Assembly (NCBI RefSeq): GCF_036321535.1
Contig: NC_087447.1
Coordinates: forward strand, 41,914,001-41,978,000
Origin: Camelus dromedarius
Taxonomy: Eukaryota
Direction of reading: 5' to 3'
DNA: 64,000 bases
Under the pieces are notes generated by a model, which saw only the letters and a program-made list of their open reading frames with translations, was not told the origin of the DNA and did not search any database. Numbering within the stretch: the stretch's first letter is position 1; each line of letters starts with the position of its first letter. This document shows positions 13,783 through 27,613 of this stretch, in pieces. The position numbers were made by a program, and so were the translations under genes.

Positions 13783-16700
13783 TGACAAAATTAGACTAGT
13801 ACATAAAAGTAGAGTAGTATTTTAAACATTTAACCAAAATAAAAAATACTATTTGCTATTATGCGTATTAGATCTGGTATTTATAATATGGATTAGAAAA
13901 AATATAATTATAGGCTGTCTCAGAAGTACATAAAAATCTTGAACAACTGAATTTTAAGTGATCGATTAAAATATTTTTGAAAAATTGACTGATTGTAAAA
14001 ATAGAACTTAGACATTTCTCTGTAAGACTCATAAGTTTAATGTATAAATATGTGATTTCAAACTGCAATTATGTGTAGTGTATCAGTGTCCTAAAGCCAT
14101 AGTTTCATTTAGCCATTTTTTTTTTTTTGTCTTTTGTCTTCATCTATTTTTACTATCTAAAGCAGTTTTCTTCATTATAGTGTACAAGATGATCTGGTAT
14201 ATTACTGGAAAAAATATTGCTACTTAATTTTTGTCTAAAAAATGGAAATTAAACTTTACTAATACTCAATTTAATAAGCAGATAGTAGTTCATATATATA
14301 TATATATAATTTATAAACACAGTTATCTTAGAGGAGTGTACTGAAAACTTTTTTTTTACTGAGAGGTGTCATTAAACATAAAAGGTTGGAGACCACTGCA
14401 GTACATTAAGTAATTCTCTATAATAATCTCCCCTCCATTTATCTGTCAGCCAGGGAGGACAACCATCTTCCTATACCTCTCAAGAAAAGTTGGTCAGGTT
14501 TAGGGTGAAATTTGATTTATAGATTATTAAATTCTTGCAAGAATTAAATGGAATAAAATATATTTCTATAGTACAGTTAATATCTTAGTTATAGATAATC
14601 ACATCTTCTTTAATATGTTATAATATCAATTATATAAATAAAGAATACTTACTAATCAGTAATCAACATTTGTCTAGCTCCCTTAGGAGATATTAAATAT
14701 ATAGAAGACAAATTTAGTTTCTGTCTTCAAGGAATTGGCCATATAAAGGGAGATTTAGGACAGAGATGACTCAAAATAAGGATGCTGTTTTGTGTTAAGT
14801 GATTTTTCTTATTTTAATGCATCTTTCCATTTACAATTTAACTATGTTCACAGCACCCCATTCTGGTGGATAGAACAACGAATATTACTCCCATTTCAAT
14901 TTCTGGAAGAGCATTGTATTGAAACCAATAAATCTAAAAGTTCTTAGAAGTCTATAAAAGAAAAACACTCCTGACACCCAAAATAGTGGAGAATAGTAAT
15001 AATAATATTTTGCTGCTGGTGGTTTTATTTTATATAGAGAAATTAGGAATCAAGTTCTTAAAGATCCTTGGTTCAGAGAAGGATCTTTTATTCTCTGAAA
15101 AGATAGTTAAGTATTTATAGATAAGAATGAAAGAAGAGGCATGTGTTTGAGTTGTGTATGGAGATCTGCACCAAATGCTTTATTTAATAATAACACAAAG
15201 CATATGAAGATCGGTGGGACAGTTCTTTTTGATAAGTTATTGATCATGGATTCTCTAATATGATTGATCACTGACTATCTAGTACTAACATATGTCAGCC
15301 TTTAGATCTGAAACTAAGTAATTGATGCATAATGTTTTATGGGGATAAATTAGATGTTCTCCAAGGTCCTTTGTTGCTCCTACATTTTATTAGTCTCTGA
15401 CGCATTTTAAATTGTAAATTGGTTTATGTGCCCCTTTCGTTTCTGTCCAAATTCCTTTAGTAAGTCTCTCTGGCAGCTTCTTCACAACTAATAAGTCAGG
15501 TTGATTACTTCCAGAAAACTTGCTTGCCAGCTTGCCATAGCCTCTGACTATTTTTGTAAGTCCTTCCCTTGCCTGGGGTGCTCCCCCTCTACCTTTTAGT
15601 CCATTTTTCATACTTTGCTGATATCTAATCACCTCCTCCACACTTTCCCATAGTAGATGACTCTGAGAGCTACCAGTCTGCATGAAGTTTTATTTTTTGA
15701 CTCTAACTTTATATGACAACTAATCTTTTATTATATGCACTTATATATACAAGATATACATCCTCCAGGTTGGAGACAATGATAAGGCAAAGACTGTCCA
15801 AGATTCCTATTGGGTCTCCCCTTCGTATTCATCCAGTTCTGTGTTGTACCTGGAGTGATGATTTTTGGTGTCTTATTGATGTTACTTGAAAGCCAGCTGT
15901 TCATATGTATATTTCAGTCAAGGGCCTAAAAGAAATGAGATACCAGACCTAAGTAATTTCTCCTTCTACCCTCTTTGGCCATTTAATTGGTTTGCATGGG
16001 AATGTGCTTTTAGGAAAATTGCATTTGCTCCTGAGAAAGGGATCTTTGTTTTCATTTAGCCAAGGGCAGCCTACCACACAGAAGGCTTTGTGGAGCTTTG
16101 AGCAGCAGCTCGTACTGTGTGTTTTCTTGTCCCCACATTCTCATCAAATAGGCCTGTTAAAAGGAAAGAAACGTTTGCCTTTCTTTGACAGTCTTTCTGA
16201 ATCCTGGCCTGGAATGGGTGAAGTCATAGTTTTATATGTCTCTCTGCTCCAGTGAATCTGTTAGTTCCTAGAATGAAAAATTCTATGTTACATACTTAAA
16301 AAAAAAAAGCCATCCATCTATTTACCTCTTCCTCACATCCCATTTTTTCCTGTCAATACTCTTTTCTCCATTCCAAGTGTACACACTAACACAGCTCTCC
16401 CAGTAAATTAGTTGATAGGGAAATGGATTAAAGTTTATATAATTTGAGAACTAGAAGGAGCCTAAAGGTCATCTTGTTCTTCCATCTTATTTTAGGGATG
16501 AAGCAATTGAAGCTCAGGAGTTTTATAAAGTGACTTGCTCCAAATCACACTTTTAGCAAAACTAGGACTAGAGTGACCTAACTTGAACATTTGGTTCGTA
16601 TTTTGTAAGTTAGGGAAATGTTTGGAGACTTTATGACTGACTGAAATTCTGAGTGTGAGAATTCCCTGAGTGAGGCCTAGAGAATGAGAGAGTCTCTCTT

Positions 16701-16964
16701 GAGTTCCAGAAATGACTTTTCCCAAGAAATAAGACCCTAAATCATCAGAGACTAACTACCAGAACCACCAGAACATCTGAGAATTCAGTTGACTCGCTAA
16801 CTCTAGAATAGAGGTGAAACCCATTAAAAACCTAAAATATTTTGTTTTAATACGAGTATATATTTTGGGTGCTTTTTGTTTTCAAATTGTGTGACATCAT
16901 CACACAGCTTTCTAATTCAGAATATTTTGCAGTTGATGTTTTGCCATTTGATTCTTTTTTCAAG

Positions 16965-17063
16965 TTGGTAGCTTTTGAAGTAGAGCGAATTAAAGTTGAA
17001 GAAAATAACCCATTGAAGATGATAAAGCATGTCAGAGAACTTGCTGAGCAACTATTCAAAAAT
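16965..17063 (+). CDS. SBF2: SBF2 coding exon (exon 13)
   Basis: ttttcaag|TTG...AAT|gtaagt; 99 bp; [33 protein letters not shown]. Confidence 0.95.
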
Positions 17064-17721
17064 GTAAGTAAGTATATTTGCTTAGACAGTTATTAATTTT
17101 AAAAGTATTAATAAGGTTTTGTGTTTGAAAAACTAAAAAGCTTCATATTCCTAGTGATCATCTTTTTTGCTCTGATTTAAAGCCTTTGGGACTGTAAGTT
17201 ACAATATATTACAGTTGGTACTATGCATCAAAATAGACCTCATTTTTCAAAGTGATTTTCCTGTCAATCGCTGTATTATAAAAACATCTTAGTTACATTT
17301 TTCCAGTTTGTCGTTTGCCTTCATTGAATTTTCATTTTGGTCTCTGTCTTCTTAAGAAAGTCTACTGAGCATTTTGAAGATGTAAAGATCAGACTCATTA
17401 GAGACCAGAGCTACCTCAGACAGAATAGACCAATGTACTCTGTTTTAGCTTGGTACAGTGAGTGTGCACTGGATGGGGAAAATCTTTGAGTTGTTTTGAA
17501 CATACAAGGAGTAGAAAGCTGAAAGAAAGAAAAGAAACTGTCAAGTGACTACAGAAACTCAAGGGTGAAAATATTCCCTGATAGAAGAAATGCAGTCAGT
17601 TAAAAAAAAAACAATCTGTCAGAAGGAAAACTTGTGTTCTGTGCTGGTCTTTGCCACTTATGATGGCTGTGTAGAAGTAATGTATAGCATGATCACATGA
17701 GAAATTTCTGTTGACCTATTG

Positions 17722-17936
17722 TAATAATAATAAATACTGAGTGGTTAGCACAACATGCCAGGCATGGTATTAGGTACTTCACATATATCATCTCTAATCC
17801 TCGTAACAGTGTAAGATAGGTGTCATTATCCCCATTTTATTGGCTCAGGCTCATATAGTTGTTGAGTGATTGAAACCAGATTTTAAATTTAGGAGTTTTC
17901 ATCTATCCAATTCCGAAGCCTCTGTTCTTTCACTCC
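17722..17936 (-). mobile_element. MIR SINE
   Basis: atgccaggcatggtattaggtacttcacatatatcatctctaatcctcgtaacag...ggtgtcattatccccatttt. Confidence 0.65.
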
Positions 17937-20249
17937 ATTAGGCTGGATCATCTCCAGTTGGAAAAACAGTGGTACTTCCAATGGCTAACTTTATACTTTT
18001 TTCTTTATAAAGAACTTTAATGTACTTTCTTATTTGATCTTGGAAATGACCCTGTGAGATAAATAGGGCAGGTGTTGATATGTAAGGAAATTGAAGATTA
18101 GAAAGTTTTTTTTCCTTGCCCACTAGGAGTGATTTATTGATGAATTTCAAAGAATAGCAAAACATCAATTGTGAATCAGTGTTTGAGGCTCTGGGACTGA
18201 TCCCTTTAATAACTGAATGTTTATTTCTTAGGTTTTTACATGACTATTCCAGAACTGCCAAATTTTATAGCCAATAAGTGACCAGAGCTGGGGTTCTGAC
18301 ACAGATTTGTCTGTCACATGACTGACTACACAGTGTATGAAGACAGTGTGCCAAGCCATTTTGATACAGAAACAAAGTAAATTCCTTTTTTGCCATTCTA
18401 GAATTTAAGTTTAATGATACCTAGCATACACTAAGCCAACACAAAACTGAAAACTGCAATAAAATAAATATCTAGTAGTGATACATTCTTAAGGGTGAAC
18501 GTAAACGCAAATGGCCTGTATCCTATAAAATACTTTTAAAGTGATCATCATGAGGGATTGTATTACTAGGTAAGATATGGAAATCGCCTTTTAAATGTAC
18601 TCTCCATTTCTCGAACTCTTATTAGACTTTCCCCCACCATCACAATCTAATTATGTTCATTTAATTTAATCAGTTCCATTCATTCAGTATGTATTTTTTA
18701 GGCATCTACTAGTTTCAGACATTTTCTAGGTATATGATTCCCATAATATCCTTGAGAAGAGGATACACATACATGATGAATGAGTATTTGAGGATATCCC
18801 AGTGGGCTGTCATCAGACTTTATGAAATTCCTTCTGGTTCTAAGATTCTAAAGTCCACGATGGTCCCGACATTGCTGAAGTAAATACTTTATAAAGTTAA
18901 AAAGCAGACATGATGGTAAAATTACTTTTTTAGGTTGTACAGGAAGTTGGGGGAAGGGAGGAAGGATGGTCTCAATGGAAGGAAAATAATCCAGATGGTT
19001 CTATTTTTAACTAGTCATTTTTTTTTATCAGATTTCTAAAATTCCCTTTTGGTAAGCAAAAGCCAACCATATAATTTGACTGTTTCCTTATTATTGGGGT
19101 ATAATTGAAACCTGGTGATTCCATTCAGATGTTTGTAAATACTTTATTGCACTGAAGTCTGGTATGTGTACCTAGCCGCTCTCCTTCACTTCTCTTTGAA
19201 GTACCTCAGAAATGAACAGAATTTCCCAGTCTCTTCTCACCACTCCTTCATAGTGCTTTTTAGCAAGTAGGAATGAATTGTAGGAATGTGAGTATACCTG
19301 AGTAGGATGAATTGCAGCTGGGTTTAGCTGTTCTTTTAACTTTATGGAGCTTCCAAATAATTAAGAAAGATGTTTGGTGACTTTGGTGGAAAAGGGAAAG
19401 AGAAAGTGGAATGAAGAAGGAAAGGAATAAATCTACTAGAGACAAATGTGTAAGCGTTGGCAAGGTTATACCATGAAGATTATTGGCCACACGTTGGTAC
19501 AGCTTTTCTTTCCAAGCCGAGTGATAATAGTGAGTCTGCCCACTTCAGCTTTCAGAAGCCTTAATGTCTGCATGAGAGCATATTTAGCCGCTTACCTGCT
19601 CTTTCCCTGTGATTCTTGGTATACATTTATAAATGACTACTAACTACACACAAAATGAGAATATTAAGATAGACCAGGACAAGAGCTTTATAAATCTCCC
19701 TTCCAAGGCATCTTGAACAGTTGGACATGTGTTTTACTTAGTGTAGTTTTTCTAATTTGTTTTGCAATAGTACATAAACATTTGCTGGACTGTGTAATTT
19801 GTCTGCTTTCTTAAAAGTTAAAGGAAAAATGAGAGGTCTTGGACTTTCTTATAAAATAATATGAGATTTCTGTTTGTACCTTATGGATATTTCATTGCCC
19901 AGCATTGAAAGAAATAAGGTTTAAAATCCTACCGAGAGAGCAAAGCCCAAATGCAGGAATAGCCATTCTAAATCACATAAGATCTAGACCTTTTACATTT
20001 CCGCAGAAAGTTAATTTCACTACCAGGCACATTTAGTCTAAACTGATGATATTGGTATTCTTTGCCAACTGTGAATAAAGAGATCCGTTGTTGTTGTTTG
20101 TTGTAGGAGGGAAGTAAAAAATTGTGATCATCTTTCATCTTAAAAAGTCAAAATATAAACTTACTTAGATTATTATGATGAAATGAGGCCCCACACCCAG
20201 AGCATAAAAATCCAACTCCTTCCCTGATCCTATCTGATTATTTGTTCAT

Positions 20250-20990
20250 TTTTAAGTATTATTTACTGTGATATAATTTACATATAGTAAAATTTAATCT
20301 TTTTAATGTACAGTTTGATGGATTTTGAGAAATGAATGTTATACAACCACCACCAGCACCACAACAATAAAGACATAGAGCATTTCTGTCACTTCCCTCT
20401 TCCCAAATTTTCGTAATGCTCCCTTGTAGTTGCATCCTCCCACCACCTCAGATTCTTGGCAACTGATCTGTTTTGTCTCTGGTTTTTGTCTTTTCCATAG
20501 AGTCATTATGTAGTTTTTTTAGTTTGTTTCTTTCACTTAGCATAATGCATTTCAGATTCACCCATATTGCTGCATATATCAGTTACTCCTTTTTATTGTT
20601 GAGTAGTATTCCATTATGTGATAAAACCAAATAAATAAATAAAACCAAAGTTTTATCTATCTGTTGAACAACAACAGGTCGATTTTGGCAATTATGAGTA
20701 AAATCATGCTAAACATTTATACAGGTTTTTGTGCAAACATAAATAATCATTTCTCTTGGGTAAATATTTAGGAATAGGGTGCTGAAAAGATGATAATGAA
20801 ACGTTTACTCTATAAGAAACTGCCAGACTGTTAATTTTTAAGTGTCTCTACCATTTTGCATTCCTACCACATCTTCACCAACACTTGATTACTCACTTGT
20901 TTTTTGTTTGTTTAATTTTGTTTGTTTTGTTTTCAGCCAATCTAGTAGGTATGTGGTGGTTCTTTTCATGGTTTTAATTTGCATGTCAGT
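20250..20990 (-). mobile_element. Old L1 (L1M-type) 3' end
   Basis: Antisense L1 3'UTR/ORF2 motifs (tttcacttagcataatgcatttcagattcacccatattgctgc; gagtagtattccatt). Confidence 0.75.
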
Positions 20991-21103
20991 AGGTGAGTGA
21001 GAGTATTAGGTCTCTTAGCTAGTCACTGTGTGCTCTCTTGGTATTTGTAAAAAGAATACTTGCCTTAGAATATGAAGCCTCTATCCAGAGTCATAAATTA
21101 GAG

Positions 21104-21330
21104 CAATTGTTCTTAACAGGGACAACCCCTTCCCTCCAGAAATTTGGCACTATCTGGAAATATTTTTGGTTGTCACAACTGGAGAGGTTGTGCCTCTACT
21201 TACTGGTATCTAGTAAGTAGAGGCCAGGGATGCTTCTAAACATCTTACAATACACAAGACACCTACTTCTCCCGACCTCCCACAACCAAAGAATTATCTA
21301 GCCCAAAATGTCTATAATGAGAAACCCTGG
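21104..21330 (+). mobile_element. MER20 hAT-Charlie non-autonomous DNA transposon
   Basis: atttggcactatctggaaatatttttggttgtcacaactgg...gtagaggccagggatgcttctaaacatcttacaat...gagaaaccctg matches MER20 as recalled. Confidence 0.8.
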
Positions 21331-22419
21331 GTTAGGCGACCAGCACATTAGATATTAAAGTCATACACTAGATTTCTCTGTATTAGGATGAGACATTAAT
21401 TCAATCGGGTGATCATTGAAAGGCCTGTCAGGATGGAAAATTAATAGAGTTTCATTCCATCAATGTGTTCACAACCCAGCAACTCTAAAAGTTCAGTTAC
21501 ATCTTTTCAATGTTTAACAATTTAGTCCAATGATAGTATTGGTTTTGGCTGTATTTGAAAGGATTTGTGTAACTCAGCTCTAGGTACAATTGGTATACAT
21601 TAAATAATTATTAAATACCTAAATTAATATAGGAAACTTGGAAACCTCTAAGAAGGTCACATTGATTTGTCATTCATTGCTGAGACCAGTGTGTAGAAAC
21701 ACAATTTTTTTCCCCTCAGTGTGCCTACTTTGGATTTCCATTTAGGTTTGGGACTTTTTGTTTTGTTTTGTTTTGCTTTGCTTTTATTTGACGTACTTTC
21801 TCAGCCTTGTTTTCTCTAAACCCTAGGCATATTCTCATTTAGCTCACCGAAAAGAAAAGAAAAAAAATCCATGTTTCCAGACCAGATGATGTGTGTGTCT
21901 TTTTTTCAAGTCTGAGAAAAATTATTGTACCTCACATTGCTGTACTGTACTCTTAAAGCAGGATTTCTTGAAAGAGCCCATTTCTTGAAAGTCACTGTCC
22001 AACTTTAAAATTCTCTCTAAATGATAGTACATTTTGTCAGCTTTTTTGGTTGCCTTTGACAAAATTATGTTCACTATAACCATGTAGTTGTCTAAATCCC
22101 TAGATATTACTTTACATTTGCATTTCTCTAGAATCAGATAAATATTTGGCTGCTTCTTTTTTCTGTTAGAAAATAATTAATTTCCTTATTTCAACATGGA
22201 GACTCAACAACAAAATTGGGGTATGGGTTTTTGATGAGCTCAGTAATCTTCAAAGGACTTCTCTAAATGCATTTGCAGTTACAAGTAAGAGCATATGTTT
22301 CCAAGAATATGCAGAGTTCAATGAGCCTTAAAATTTCTTTCCTTTCCTCTCAAAAGTCATTATTGTGACCAAGTTGGGTGTAAAATGGTGAATGTGGTCC
22401 TCTATATTTACCATACTGC

Positions 22420-22434
22420 CCGTTAGAGGGCAGC
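22420..22434 (+). promoter_or_regulatory. Candidate CTCF-binding motif
   Basis: CCGTTAGAGGGCAGC is one mismatch from the CTCF core CCRSYAGRKGGCRS and lies in apparently non-repeat sequence. Motif match only. Confidence 0.35.
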
Positions 22435-22959
22435 AGTGTACAGATACAGCAGCTCGAAAACCAAATAGCACTAGATTTGGGGGCATGAGTCCTTTTTGAA
22501 TTTTCTAAACACAATTGAATATATTATAATTTAGTAACTTTAACCCATAATTTGAATTTTTATATAGACTATCTGTACAACTAAAGGATAGCCTCAACTT
22601 TGAACTTTGTTTTAAAATGATTTTTAAATGCTTATTCTGAATTCTGTATGGATTTGGTTTGTATTTCAAATTGTTTATGAAATGAAAAACACTGTTAATG
22701 ACTAGTAGCTATATCTTTTCTTTAATAAGTGATTTCTATTCAAACTTTTATTGAGTACAATGGTTATTGTTAAAATATAAGTAGCTAGTGATATGGTGGG
22801 GATCTTGGGAGAAAAAGGTGGTTTTAGTTTTAGAGGTGTGGTGTCATGTCATAGAATATGCAGTGGATAAAACATTTTTCAAATGAATATACTCTAGACT
22901 TTTGGAAAAGAGCTTTCAGATTTATTATAGGAAAGTGTGTGTATATATGTGTGTGTGTT

Positions 22960-23150
22960 CTAAAGCTTTCCTGTAACAATTTGTTCTACCTTCACAAGAG
23001 CCTGATGAAGCAGGTACTATGTTAATATCTTCATTACAGATGAGGAAACTAGAGCACAAGTGGTAAATGAATTGAACCTGCACCAGGTCACACTACTAGT
23101 AAATGGCTAAGCTAGGATTTGACCTACATGGTCTGATGCCAGAGATCATG
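22960..23150 (-). mobile_element. MIR SINE
   Basis: cattacagatgaggaaactagagcaca...aggtcacactactagtaaatggctaagctaggatttgacc. Confidence 0.7.
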
Positions 23151-23317
23151 AACTAGAAATAGTTTGTTGTATTATCTTCTTTCATTGAATTGTCTAACCT
23201 TTCTTTCTCAAATTATAATGCCACCAGTTTCTATCACATTTTCACACATAGTCCTATTTCTGGGCTTCTCTATTCCATTAGCCCTTTTAACCCTTTATTA
23301 ATACCAGTTATCATACT

Positions 23318-26300
23318 TTTTTTATAATATTTTTTATTGAGTTATAGTCAGTTTACAATGTTGTGTCAGTTTCCATTGTAGAGCACAACTTTTCAGTTAT
23401 ATAGAAACATATATATAGATTTATTGTCACAGTTTTTTCTCTGTGAGCTACCATAAAATCTTGTATGTATTTCCCTTTGTTATACAGTATAATCTTGTTT
23501 ATCTGTTCTACATTTTGAAATCCCAATCTGTCCCTTCCCACCCCTTCTCCCCCTTGGCAACCACAAGGTTGTATTCTATGTCTATGAGTCTGTTTCTGTT
23601 TTGTATTTATGGTTGTTTTTGTTTTTGTTTTTCTTTTTTAAGATTCCACATATGAGTGATCTCATACGGTATTTTTCTTTCTCTTTCTGGCTTACTTCAC
23701 TTAGAATGACATTCTCCAGGAAAATCCATGTTGTTGCAAATGGCATTATGTTGTCGGGGTTTATGGCTGAATAGTATTCCACTGTATAAATATACCACCT
23801 CTTCTTTATCCAGTCATCTGTTGATGGATACTTAGACTGTTTCCATGTCTTGGCTATTGTACATAGTGCTGCTATGAACACTGGAGTGCAGGTGTCTTTT
23901 TGAAGTAGGGTTCCTTTGGGATATATGCCCAGTAGCAGGATTCCTGGGTCATACGGTAAGTCTATTCCTAATCTTTTGAGGAATCTCCATAGTGTTTTCC
24001 ACAGTGGCTGCACCAAACTGCATTCCCACCAGCAATGTAGGAGGGTTCCCTTTTCTCCACAGCCTCTACAGCATTTCTCATTTGTGGACTTTTGAATGAT
24101 GGCCATTCTGACTGGTGTGAGGTGATATCTCATTGTAGTTATGATTTGCATTTCTCTGATGATTAGTGATATTGAACATTTTTTCATGTGCCTATTGATC
24201 ATTTGTATGTCTTCCTTGGAGAATTGCTTGTTTAGGTCTTCTGCCCATTTGTGGATTGGGTAGTTTGTTTTCTCTTATTGAGTCGTATAAGCTGCTTATA
24301 TATTCTGGAGATCAAGCCTTTGTCGGTTTCATTTGCAAAAATTTTCTCCCATTCCATAGGTTGTCTTTTTGTTTTACTTATGGTTTCCTTTGCTGTGCAG
24401 AAGCTTGTAAGTTTCATTAGGTCCCATTTGTTTATTCTTGCTTTTATTTCTATTGCTTGGGTAGACTGTCCTAGGAGAACATTTTTGAGATGTATGTGAG
24501 ATAATGTTTTGCCTATATTTTCTTCTGGGAAGTTTATTGTATCTTGTCTTATGTTTAAGTCTTCTATCCATTTTGAATTTGTTTTTGTGTATGGTGTAAG
24601 AGAGTGTTCTAGCTTCATTGCTTTACATGCTGCCGTCCAGTTTTCCCAACACCATTTGCTGAATCAGACTGTCTTTATTCCATTGTATATTCTTGCCTCC
24701 TTTGTCAAAGATTAGTTGACCAAAAGTTTGTGGGTTCATTTCTGGGCTCTCTATTCTGTTCCATTGGTCTGTATGTCTGTTTTTGTACCAATACCATGCT
24801 GTCGTGATGACTGTAGCTCTGTAGCATTGTCTGAAGTCTGGGAGAGTTACTCCTCCAGCCTCTTTCTTTTTCTTCAGTAATGCTTTGGCAATTCTAGGTC
24901 TTTGATGGTTCCATATAAATTTTATTATGATTTGTTCTAGTTCTGTGAAATATGTCCTGGGTAATTTGATAGGGATTGCATTAAATCTGTAGATTGCCTT
25001 GGGCAGTTGTGACCGTTTTAACAATATTGATTCTTCCAATCCAAGAGCATGGGATATCTTTCCACTTTTTAAAGTCTTCTTTAATTTCCTTCATCAATGG
25101 TTTATCGTTTTCTGTGTGTAATTCTTTCACCTCCTTGGTTAGATTTACTCCTAGGTATTTTATTACTATGGGTGCAATTTTAAAGGGGATTGCTTCTTTA
25201 CTTTCTTCTTCTGTTGATTCATCGTTAGTGTAAAGAAATGCCACTGATGTTTGAACGTTAATCTTGTAACCTGCTACCTTGCTGAATTCTTCAATCAGCT
25301 CTAGTAGTTTTTGTGTGGACCTTTTAGGGTTTTCTATATATAGTATCATGTCATCTGCTTATAGTGACACTTTTACCTCTTCTTTTCCAGTTCAGATCCC
25401 TTTTATTTCTCTCTCTTGCCTGATTGCTGTGGCTAGGACTTCCAAGACTATGTTGAATAGGAGTGGTGATAGTGGGCAGCTTTGTCTTGTCCCAGATTTT
25501 AGTGGAAAGCTTTTGAGTTTTTCACCATAGAAAAACTCTGTAGGTTTGTCATATATAGCTTTTATTATGTTGAGATATGTTCCCTATATACCCACTTTGG
25601 TGAGTTTTTATCATAAATGGGTGTTGAATTTTAGCAAATGCTTTTTCTGCATCTGTTGAGATGATCATGTGGTTTTTGTCCTTTCTCTTGTTGATGTGAT
25701 GTATTACATTGATTGATTTGCGTATGTTGAACCACCCTTGTGTCCCTGGGATGAACCCCACTTGGTCATGATGTATAATCTTTTTTACGTGCTGTTGGAT
25801 TCTATTTGCTGATATTTTGGTGAGGATTTTTGCATCTATGTTCATCAGTGATATTGGTCTATAATTCTCTTTTTTGATAGTGTCTTTGCCTGGTTTTGGT
25901 ATCAGGGTGATGGTGGCTTCATAGAATGATTTTGGGAGTATCTCCTCCTTTTCAATCTTCTGGGAGAGTTTGAGAAGGACTGATATGAGTTCTTCTTTGT
26001 ATGTTTGGTAGAATTCCCCGGTGAAGCCATCCGGTCCTGGACTTTTATTTCTAGGGAGGTTTTTTTAATCACTAATTCAGTTTCATTTCTAGTGACCTGT
26101 TTGTTCAAGTGGTCAGTTTCTTCTTGGTTCAATCTTGGTGGACTGTATGTTTCCAGAAATTTGTCCATCTCCTCTAGGTTATCCATTTTGGCTCCATATA
26201 GTTTTTCATAATACTCTCGTATGATATTCTGTATTTCTATGTTATTTGTTGTAATTTCTCCATTTTCCTTTCTTATTTTGCTTGTTTGTGCTCTCTCTTT

Positions 26301-26611
26301 TTTCTTCTTTGTGAGTTTAGCCAGAGGTTTGTCGATTTTATTTACTGTTTCAAAAACCCAGCTTTTGGTTTGATTGATTTTTTTCTATGTTTTTTTTAAT
26401 CTCTATTTTATTTATTTTCTCCCTGATCTTTTTTATTACCTTCCTTCTGCTGCCTTTTAGGGGTTTTTGCTCTTCTTTTTCTAACTCTTTTAGCTGGTGG
26501 GTTAGATTGTTTATTTGAGATTGTTCTTCTTTTTTTGAGGAAGGCCTGTATTGCTGTAAACTTCCCTCTTAGCACTGCCTTTGCTGTGTCCCATAAATTT
26601 TGTGTGGTTGT
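23318..26611 (-). mobile_element. 5'-truncated young L1 (copy B, ~3.3 kb) with TSD, inserted in an older L1 fragment
   Basis: ORF2 RT and C-terminal peptides on the minus strand ([27 protein letters not shown]). TSD gttatcatact at 23307-23317 and 26612-26622. Several frameshifts. Confidence 0.96.
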
Positions 26612-26962
26612 GTTATCATACTGTTTTATATTAAAGGTTTATATAAGATTTGTTACCTGGAAAGTTTGACTTCTCCATTTACTCTTCTTCCGAATTGCCT
26701 AAACTATTTTTGGACCTTTGTTCTTCCTTATAAAGTTTAGGATGAACTTGTCACATTACAGGATTTTGACTAGGAGCAGTCAGTATGTGTGTCTGGTGTA
26801 TCTTTTGTCCCTAAACCACCTTAAGTCATTTTAAAAACAAGATAGAAGAGTATAAAGAAGAGAGAGAGAAAATATAGCTAGAAAAGATACTAGTACCAGT
26901 AAGATTTATTTTCTACTTTTACTTTTCCATGTTTTAAAATTTATTTTAATGAATATTATTTA

Positions 26963-27097
26963 GGGCGGAGGGTATAGCTCAGTGGTAAAGTGCATGCCTA
27001 GTATGCATGATGTGCTGGGTTCAGTCCCCAGTACCTACATTAAAACAAACAAACAAACAAACAATCCTAATTGCTACCCCCCCAAAAAAATTTTTTT
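26963..27097 (+). mobile_element. tRNA-derived SINE, vic-1-like (camelid)
   Basis: ggagggtatagctcagtggta (A box)...gggttcagtccccagtacct (B box), A-rich tail. TSD aatgaatattattta at 26948-26962 and 27098-27112, preceded by tttt. Confidence 0.9.
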
Positions 27098-27613
27098 AAT
27101 GAATATTATTTACATTATGGGAAATATATTTAAAGTTTTAATTTTTATTGTAAAGAAAATAAGTATAAATAGAAACAGAAATAGTGAAGAGTATACTTTA
27201 AATGATTTTTTGGGTTCAGAACTCAAAATCCACTTGAATTACCTCCCCAGCGTGAAAGAAATATCTGCTTAATGAGTTTTAGATAATTGATACTGATAAC
27301 TTTTAAGAAGAGGAGATATCTTAGATATTGTGCCTAAAAAACAGAGAAAAGCAAACATACTGCTTTTGGAAAAGGGCAATTTCAGAAACTCCAGACCAGC
27401 GAGGTTGATGTTAATCCAGGCATAATTTTAGAACTGTTTTTTTCAACATAATTTTAGAAGGTGGTGATCGTGAAGACTTGGCATAGAAATTTGCTTATTT
27501 TTCCCTGTCTTTGCTAAAGCTATAACAGGAAAATATAAAGTGTGTATGAGGGCTGTTTTGGCAAGAACAAGCTGGTTTCACCTTCTCTGGAACATTTAAG
27601 AGAAGCGTAAGTA

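Noticed and set aside
15390..15683. 97-aa minus-strand ORF
   Set aside because: No recognisable domain or exon context; the length is compatible with chance.
19400..19650. Non-repeat-looking stretch as a possible extra SBF2 exon
   Set aside because: The flanking exons already join in frame (FKN|ENP) as in known SBF2, and I found no convincing splice-site pair.
23582..26211. L1 ORF2 as an active reverse transcriptase
   Set aside because: 5'-truncated with no ORF1 or promoter, and broken into many short frames. The same holds for copy C.
26963..27040. tRNA gene
   Set aside because: A and B boxes are present, but the A-rich tail, TSD and second copy show it is a SINE head.
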